NCBI RefSeq assembly: GCF_004010195.1
Contig: NC_057728.1
Span: 40,953,471 to 41,010,809 of the forward strand
Reading direction: 5' to 3'
Length of the DNA stretch: 57,339 nt
Source: Chiloscyllium plagiosum
Taxonomy: Eukaryota
Position 1 is the first letter of the stretch. Every line of letters starts with the position of its first letter. Both the position numbers and the translations under genes were made by a program. Under the pieces are notes generated by a model. It searched no databases and had not been told where the DNA came from. It was given only the letters and a program-made list of their open reading frames with translations. Positions 50,567-57,339 of the stretch are shown here, in pieces.

Positions 50567-51556
50567 TGTCTTCTAAACCACTTTCTCAAACTGCCCCCTA
50601 ACATCAATGATTTGTGCACACCCCAGGTGCCTGCAATCCTTTTAGAATCTTATTGTTATTTTATTTCTGTTGACATTATTCCTACCAGCATGTGCCACTT
50701 CACGCCTCTGCACTTTAATTTAATTTGCCACATGTCCTCCTGTTCCACTTGTCTATGTTCTCATGCAATCTATCACTGTTTTTCTTTCTCACAACTTGCT
50801 ATTTTTCCAAGCTTCATGACATAGAACCATAGAAGTTTACAGTATAGATTGAGACTATTCACTCTTAGTGTCTGTCTCGGCTCCTGAAAGAACTACCCAG
50901 CTAGTCCCATTGGCCATCCCCTCTCCGTAGCCCTATAAATTCATCACTTTCAAATGTCTATTGAGCTCTTTTTTTGAAACTTTGAATGGAATCTGCCTCC
51001 ACTACACTCTCAGGCAGGGCTTGAATCCTAACTATTCTGAGTAAAATTTTTCCTCATCTCTTTTTTTCTAGCTCTCTTGGTGACAATCTTGAAATTGTGA
51101 CCCATTATCACTGACGTATCAACTAGTCGAATCAGAATATCGACATTACCTGTCAACATTGTTCATAATTTTAAACATTCAATGTTAATGTTGTCCACTC
51201 CATGATGAACAAACTCAATTTCTCTAGTCTTTCCTTAGGTATCTGAAGTCCTGCTTTCTAGTATCATTCTCGTAAATCTCTTGTGCACTCTTTCCAGGGC
51301 TTTAACATCCTTCCTTAAATAAAGCCCGGAACTGAACGCAGGACTCCAAACATAGTCTGACCAATGAATTGTTGTGGTCTGGCATCACTTCCTTGTTTTT
51401 ATACTCTATTATACTCTATGCCAAGAATCCCATGAGCCATCTTAACAACTGTTTCAATTTGCCTGGCTAACTTGAAAGAATTGTGCACTTGAACTCTGAG
51501 GTCTCTTTGCTGCTATACTATTCACAAAGTTGTCCCATTGAGCCTGTATTATCTCT

Positions 51557-51673
51557 TCTTCAGGAGCGAAACGTCGATTCTCCTGTTCCCTGGATGCTGC
51601 CTGACCTGCTGCGCTTTTCCAGCAACACATTTCCAGCTCTGATCTCCAGCATCTGCAGACCTCACTTTCTCCT
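51557..51673 (+). mobile_element. Short Penelope terminal insertion with a micro-inverted 5' end
   Basis: 14-bp TSD cctgtattatctct at 51543-51556 and 51674-51687. Confidence 0.9.
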
Positions 51674-53160
51674 CCTGTATTATCTCTGCATGCTTGCTCG
51701 ACCATAATGCATTACTTCACATTTCTCTGCACTGAATTTCATCTGCCATGTGTCTGCCCATTTGGCAAACGTGTCAATGTCTCTCTGAAGTCGCTGAGCA
51801 ACATTCTCACAATTCACTCTTCTCCCTAGTTTAATATTATCTGCACATTTAGAGGTTTTGCCCTCAACATCTATCTCCAAACCATTTACATAAGTCAGAA
51901 AAAGTAAGGGTCCCAACATTGATCCCTGGAGAGCATCACTTTGAACTATTCTCCGGTCTGAGAAATGCTTATCCATACCTGCCCTCTGTTTCCTATCTTT
52001 CAGCAACTTCTAATCCATGCAGCCAAAGACCCATCAATCACAAACATTTCTAATTTGCTAACTGACCTGTCAAGTGGCACCATATCAAATGCTTTCTGCA
52101 AGTCTGAATGTACAACCCAGACAGCACCACCCTCATCCGATGCCTGTGTCACATTGCCAAAGAACTCAATTAAATCTGAGTTGTGCCCGATAAATCCAGA
52201 TCGAAGCCATTAATATTGATCAAGGAGAGGTTCTGGTACTGACTCACTTTGTCACTTAATCCAGTCTGAAAGGCATCTATTCACCATTGTTTCCTGTCAC
52301 TTAGCTAACCTCAAAACCATGCTGCCACTGAATTCTCCAAATTTGCTCCTTCAACCGTGGTCGCTGACACACCCTCCTTTAGCATTCCTTGGATAGACCA
52401 CCAGGACTGAATGTGGCACACCCTCTTGATCAACTTGGACAGAAATCCCTGAGCTGAAGACAGACCAGACCCCTGACTGATCTGAGTGCAGCTCTCCACT
52501 TGATTTGCTGTGACTCCCTGGAGAGGTTACTTGGGCCTTGAGGTCTGATAATGGTCTACCTCCTGGGCTGTAGAAGTAAAGAACCCCTGACCCTGATTAC
52601 CTAAGTGCCAAATGAGTGTGTCCACAGCACGAGACTGATCATGGAGTTTACCTTTGACTTACTGTGCTGGAACACCCGACTGATTTGACTATTAACCACT
52701 CATCTTTGATTTCACAACATCATTTCCTGTCTTTTGCATCCACATGGAGAGAGACATTTTCTGTTCTGGATGTCTCTGGCTGTCCTTGCACTTAGAGAAA
52801 ACTACATGTCATCTAATCAGGGGCTGTTGTCAGACAGAACTTTCATGTCTGGCTCATATGCCACTCTGTCTCAAAGTATACCGCTCACTGCTTCAAAAAG
52901 CAGCATTATCATACACAGCTAGTGCACCACGCAATCCCACTTGCTGTTCATGTTGCAAAATTCTTCAGGTGTTTTAGCTGTACTGCTGTGTACAATGTTC
53001 ATTTCATTTTACAGTGCCAAGCAGGAAAGACTATGCGATGCCTTTTAAAATTCATAGGACATAAATGGGGCTGTAAGATTTACCTGGCTTTGGCGAGAGG
53101 GAAGAATCTTCAGAGTAATCCTCACCATCAAAGTCAGTCAGGGAGTGGAAGTTACCTGGA

Positions 53161-53483
53161 ATCATAGAACCCCTACAGTGTAGAAGCAGGCCACTCCAGC
53201 CTTTCAAGTCCACACTGACCCTCTGAGCAGCATCCCACCCCGACCCACCACTCTACCCTGTCCCCTGTACATGTGCATTTCCCATGACTAACCCACCTAG
53301 CCTGCACTCTATGGGCAATTTAGCATGGCCAATCCACTTAACCTGCACATCTTTAGACTGTGAGAAGAAACCCATGCTGACAATGTGCAAACCCCACACA
53401 GACAGTCGCCCAAGGGTGGAATCAAACCCGACTCTCTGTCACTGTGAGGCAGCAGTATTAACAGTTGAGCCACCATGCCACCC
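53161..53483 (-). mobile_element. Older HE1-related V-SINE
   Basis: TSD gttacctgg at 53151-53159 and 53484-53492. Confidence 0.88.
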
Positions 53484-53577
53484 GTTACCTGGCTGAAATA
53501 GGCGAAAGGAAGCAAGTCACCCTAACCTGAGAATACCTTCGGACTGGTTTCCAGATACTGAAGTGTCTTCTTAAGGG

Positions 53578-53782
53578 CTGAAAATGTGTTGCTGGAAAAG
53601 CGCAGCAGATCAGGCAACATCCAAGGAATAGGAGAATCGATGTTTCGGGCATAAGCCCTTCTTCAGGAATGAGAAAAGGCTTATGCCCGAAACGTCGATT
53701 CTCCTATTCCTTGAATGCTGCCTGACCTGCTGCGCTTTTCCAGCAACACATTTTCAGCTCTGATCTCCAGCATCTGTTGTCC
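53578..53782. mobile_element. Penelope terminal fold-back with its apex at the hammerhead motif
   Basis: About 53578-53660 is the reverse complement of about 53676-53757. Flanking tcttaaggg at 53569-53577 and 53783-53791. Confidence 0.88.
53635..53670 (-). ncRNA. Minimal hammerhead motif
   Basis: Minus strand reads attc-CTGAAGA-A-gggc-ttat-gccc-GAAA-ca-TC-gatt. Confidence 0.62.
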
Positions 53783-53858
53783 TCTTAAGGGACAGAATGC
53801 AGCATGACCATGGAGGGGTATTTTTCAGTGTTTTGAAAAGTTAATCCAGAATAATTTT

Positions 53859-53994
53859 CAGAAGAAGAGTTACTGGACTCAAAATGTTAACTCTGATTTC
53901 CCTCCTCAGATGCTGCCAGACTTGTTGAACTTTTCCAAGAACTTCTCTTTTTGTTTCTAATTTCCATCATCCACAGTTCCTTCGGTTTTTATTT
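53859..53994 (+). mobile_element. Second-family Penelope terminal fragment starting at a decayed hammerhead core
   Basis: cagaaga-a-gagt-tactgg-actc-aaaa-tgtt-aact...cagatgctgccagac. Flanking aataatttt at 53850-53858 and 53995-54003. Confidence 0.7.
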
Positions 53995-54099
53995 AATAAT
54001 TTTTTTGTAGTTTGGGGTATCGATTGCTGAGTAATGTTGTGACCATGCTTTTAGTTAACTACAGTAATATATTAAACCCTGAAGTTGTCATATGATCCT

Positions 54100-54445
54100 C
54101 ATATCCCCTTCCCCCACCTTATCCCAGTTCCAACCCTCCAGCTCAGCACCGCCCTCATGACCTGACCTAGCTGCCAATCTCCCTTCCCACCTATCCGCTC
54201 CACCCTCCTCTATGACCTATCACCTTTATCCCACCTTCATCCACCTATTGCACTCTTAGCTACCAGCCCCATCCCCTCCCATTTATCTCTCCAACCCGAG
54301 GCTCCCAACCTCATTCCTGACGAAGGGCTCCTGCCCGAAACATCAATTTTCCTGCTCCTCAGATGCTGCCTGACCTGCTGTGCTTTTCCAACACCACTCT
54401 AATCTTGACTCTGATCTCCAGCATCTGCAGTCTTCACTTTCACCT
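54100..54445 (+). mobile_element. Penelope terminal repeat, stand-alone insertion
   Basis: Homologous to 20510-20835. 10-bp TSD atatgatcct at 54090-54099 and 54446-54455. Confidence 0.9.
54313..54348 (+). ncRNA. Minimal hammerhead motif
   Basis: attc-CTGACGA-A-gggc-tcct-gccc-GAAA-ca-TC-aatt. Confidence 0.6.
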
Positions 54446-55277
54446 ATATGATCCTTCTAGTCAGTCACCATAAATTCAAACTTTTTTTAAAGCTATTAGT
54501 CTCTGGGAATTGTGACACCCTTATATTTTTATTTCATGCAGCTTGTTTGTTTGAACGTATGCCACATTATTGAAATCTCTGATAGCACATCAGGAGCACT
54601 GGTCTTGAAACTTTGGCACCATCAGTGGAGATTAACTGTATTTTATTAAAAGGCTTATACTTGTGAGCAGTCTTCCTGATCATTGAACTTGATTTCCATT
54701 GACTCAGTCTTGGGGTCATGCTTTTTATGTCAACAGTGAGATTGCCTGTCATCAAGTATAGCTCTATTTTCTTTTATAAGCAGTTGTATCGCAATTTAAT
54801 TAGTATTTTAACATTCCGAGAGAGTTCCTTACACTTGACCTCAGGAGTCATAAGCAACACATGCTGATATACATCCAGATTTGGCTTTCCTGAGCTTTTG
54901 CATTTAGTTTTCACAACTTTTCCATTTGAGGCTATTCAGTCACACCTCCTCGAGCCCAGCTTGAAGTCCCACCTTCTGTTTTGATACCATTTTGTATTCT
55001 TCTTGGCCTCAATGTTACATTCCCAACCTTGCTCCTTTTGATACAACCCTTCTGCTCTTCACTTGATGCTACCTTGACTGCCATTGTAGCTGACTCAGTC
55101 CTTTTTGACCATTGGCATTTTACAGCAGCACCACAGGCTTCCTTGTACCATTACTTTGATGCAATTGTATGGATAAGAGAATTGGAATGCATGGGAGAAT
55201 GGAAATCCTGAGGAATGTGATTTATGACTAATGCAAGGGGGAGAAAGGAAGACGCTGATGATGGGTCACATGGTGGC

Positions 55278-55349
55278 TATTATGGACCAGGTCAGACTCC
55301 CTCAAAATATTTCAAGGAAGTAGCCCAAACCCTAACTTTACTCGTTTTG
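55278..55349. mobile_element. Terminal fragment of the 47731-48334 LTR family, opposite orientation
   Basis: ttatggaccaggtcagactccctcaaaatatttcaaggaagtagcccaaa matches the reverse complement of about 48282-48332. Confidence 0.8.
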
Positions 55350-55580
55350 CGGAGCAGAATGAAAACAGAGGGGTCGAGAGCACCTGAGCACCTTCAGTCT
55401 GTATGCAATCCCATGGCTTGCCACTTCAACACACAATCCTGCTCCCATGCCCACATGTCTGTCCTTGGCCTGCTGCAATGTTCCAGTGAAGCTCAACGCA
55501 AACTGGAGGAACAGCGGCTCATCTTCCGACTAGGCACGTTACAGCCTGCCGGTCTCAACATTGAATTCAACAACTTCAAT

Positions 55581-55902
55581 GGGCGGCACGGTGGCACAGT
55601 GGTTAGCACTGCTGCCTCACAGCGCCAGAGACCCGGGTTCAATTCCCGCCTCAGGCGACTGACTGTGTGGAGTTTGCACGTTCTCCCCGTCTCTGCGTGG
55701 GTTTCCTCCGGGTGCTCCGGTTTCCTCCCACAGTCCAAAAATGTGCAGGTCAGGTGAATTGGCCATGCTAAATTGCCCGTAGTGTTACGTAAGGTGTAAA
55801 TGTAGCGTTATGGGTGGGTTGCGCTTCAGCGGGTCAGTGTGGACTTGTTGGGCCGAAGGGCCTGTCTCCACACTGTAATGTAATCTAATCTAATCTAATC
55901 TA
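55581..55902 (+). mobile_element. HE1-type V-SINE nested in the Penelope-like element
   Basis: Complete copy. TSD aacttca at 55572-55578 and 55903-55909. Confidence 0.94.
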
Positions 55903-55967
55903 AACTTCAGATGATTATCCCATCTCGACCCCTCTGTTTTCATTCTGCTCTGTAATTTTATTTCATT

Positions 55968-56013
55968 NNNNNNNNNNNNNNNNNNNNNNNNNNNNNNNNN
56001 NNNNNNNNNNNNN
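55968..56013. other. Assembly gap (46 N)
   Basis: Run of N. Confidence 1.
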
Positions 56014-56127
56014 NTAATCTCTCTATGCACTGTCATTATCACCTCTTTATTGCTACCTTTGCTTCTGGAGCCATGACTCACCTTCTCTCAGCCGAGTATA
56101 AATACCTCCCTATTTCTCCCTTTTTTT

Positions 56128-56166
56128 AGCTTTGACAAAGGGTCAGTTATATTCGAAATGTCAGTT
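56128..56166 (+). ncRNA. Decayed hammerhead motif, another Penelope family
   Basis: agct-TTGACAA-A-gggt-cagttat-attc-GAAA-tg-TC-agtt. Stem I agct/agtt; core changes are transitions. Confidence 0.45.
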
Positions 56167-56229
56167 CTTTTCTCTCCTTACAGATGCTGCCAGACCTGCT
56201 GAGATTTTCCAGCATTTTCTCTTTTGGGT

Positions 56230-56395
56230 CCTGGAATTCTCTCCCTGACGGCATTGTGCGTCAACTGCCAGCAGGTGGACTGCAGCAGTTCAAGAAGGCA
56301 GCTGTATGTCTACCTTTTTAAGGGCAAGTAGGGGCAGACAATATGCTGGCCATCCAGCATTCCCCACATCCCAGAAATTAATGCAAGAAAAAAAG
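56230..56395 (+). mobile_element. Old LINE 3' end
   Basis: tggaattctctccctga...ggactgcagcagttcaagaaggcagct...cccacatcccagaa, then an A-rich end. Confidence 0.65.
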
Positions 56396-56596
56396 CTGGG
56401 AGATGCAGAGCAAAAATGCTGAAAGAAAGAGAGCTTTCAGGGCAGCAGCTGATTATTCAGGACTGAACAGAGAGGAAATCCCTTCTCTTAAAGGGTTGTT
56501 GGAAATTTTCAGAATTCTCTACTCCAGACAGTTTGGGGATGCTTCTTCCTTGAATATATTGAGTGAGTTGGGGAATTAAGGCCAAAGATTATTGAC

Positions 56597-56711
56597 TTAG
56601 AGTCATAGAGATGTATAGCACAGAAACGGACCCTTTGGTTCAACATGTCCATGCCGACCAGATATCCCAACCCAATCTAGTCCCACCTGCCAGCACCCGG
56701 CCCATATCCCT
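56597..56711 (-). mobile_element. CR1/HER1 3' end interrupted by a Penelope-like element
   Basis: Similar to 12399-12520. Confidence 0.88.
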
Positions 56712-57339
56712 CAGATTCTGGATTTGAATGGTGCTGGAAAAGCACAGCATTCAGACAGCATCCAAGGAGCAAGAGAATCAATGTTTCGGGCAAAAGCCCT
56801 TCATCAGGAATACAGGCAGAGTGACTGAAGGGTGGAGAGATAAATGAGAGGAGGGTGGGGGTAGGGAGGAAGTTGCATAGAGTACAATAGGTGAATGGGA
56901 GTGGGGATGAAGGTGATAGGTCAGAGAGGAGGGTGGAGTAGTTCGGTGGAAAAGAAGATAAGCACTTCCTCCAGACCAAATGAGTAGCCATGGGCATCCG
57001 TATGGACCCCAGCTATGCCTGTCTCTTTGGCTACATAGAACAGTCCATCTTCGTAATTACACCGGCACCACTCCCCACCTCTTCCTTCGCTACATTGATG
57101 ACTGCATTGGCGCCACCTCGTGCACCCGTGAGGAGGTTGAGCAATTCATCAACTTCACCAACACATTCCACCCTGACCTTAAATTTACCTGGACCATCTC
57201 TGACACCTCCCTCCCCTTCCTGGACCTCTCCATCTCCATCAGTGACGACCGACTTGACACTGACACCTTCTACAAACCCACCGACTCCCACAGCTACCTG
57301 GATTACACCTCTTCCCACCCTAACTCTTGCAAAAATGCC
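56712..57339 (+). mobile_element. Penelope-like element: inverted terminal repeat (56712-56960) followed by RT core, running off the window end
   Basis: HFLQTK*VAMG...PSYACLF, then FLRYIDD (YIDD at 57091-57102)...HPDLKFTW...LPFLDL...FYKPTDSHSYLDYTSSHP. Confidence 0.93.
56776..56811 (-). ncRNA. Minimal hammerhead motif
   Basis: Minus strand reads attc-CTGATGA-A-gggc-tttt-gccc-GAAA-ca-TT-gatt. Confidence 0.62.

Larger units (their letters stand above)
49850..52330 (-). mobile_element. Cluster of old CR1 fragments
   Basis: ORF 51680-52006 reads QGSMLGPLLFLTYVN...KCADNIKLG...WQMKFSAEKCEVMH. A CR1 3' end lies at about 50820. Confidence 0.8.
55351..56227 (+). mobile_element. Penelope-like element 3' fragment with a short inverted 5' piece, interrupted by HE1 and a gap
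   Basis: HFN...RKLEEQRLIFRLGTLQPAGLNIEFNNF marks the GIY-YIG C-terminus. 55352-55379 is the inverted copy of 55923-55950. Confidence 0.88.

Noticed and set aside
55224..55757. 177-aa ORF as a novel fusion protein
   Set aside because: Chance read-through across an LTR end, a Penelope endonuclease tail and an HE1 head; no evidence of expression.

Overview
Repeat-rich, apparently non-coding eukaryotic DNA with a 46-N gap at 55968-56013. The repeat families (HE1-type V-SINEs with a (TAATC)n tail, HER1/CR1 LINEs, Deu-domain SINEs) point to a cartilaginous fish, most likely a shark. No host protein-coding gene is recognisable. Every ORF I can assign is a decayed retroelement fragment (CR1, RTE, L2, Penelope-like RT or GIY-YIG endonuclease) or SINE read-through. 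Most notable signals: (1) about nine minimal type I hammerhead-ribozyme-like motifs in Penelope terminal repeats, with compensatory stem II changes; the copy at 39087-39122 has an intact core; (2) short TSD-flanked Penelope-derived insertions, several of them fold-backs, including a 110-bp palindrome with no loop, with junctions often at the hammerhead core; (3) an RTE LINE with a twin-priming-type 5' inversion and a CR1 fragment at the inversion point; (4) an unexplained 77-nt stem-loop at 37144-37220; (5) a solo LTR with a 44-bp duplication across its end. Family names come from recalled consensus features, not a database search. Boundaries of old elements are approximate.
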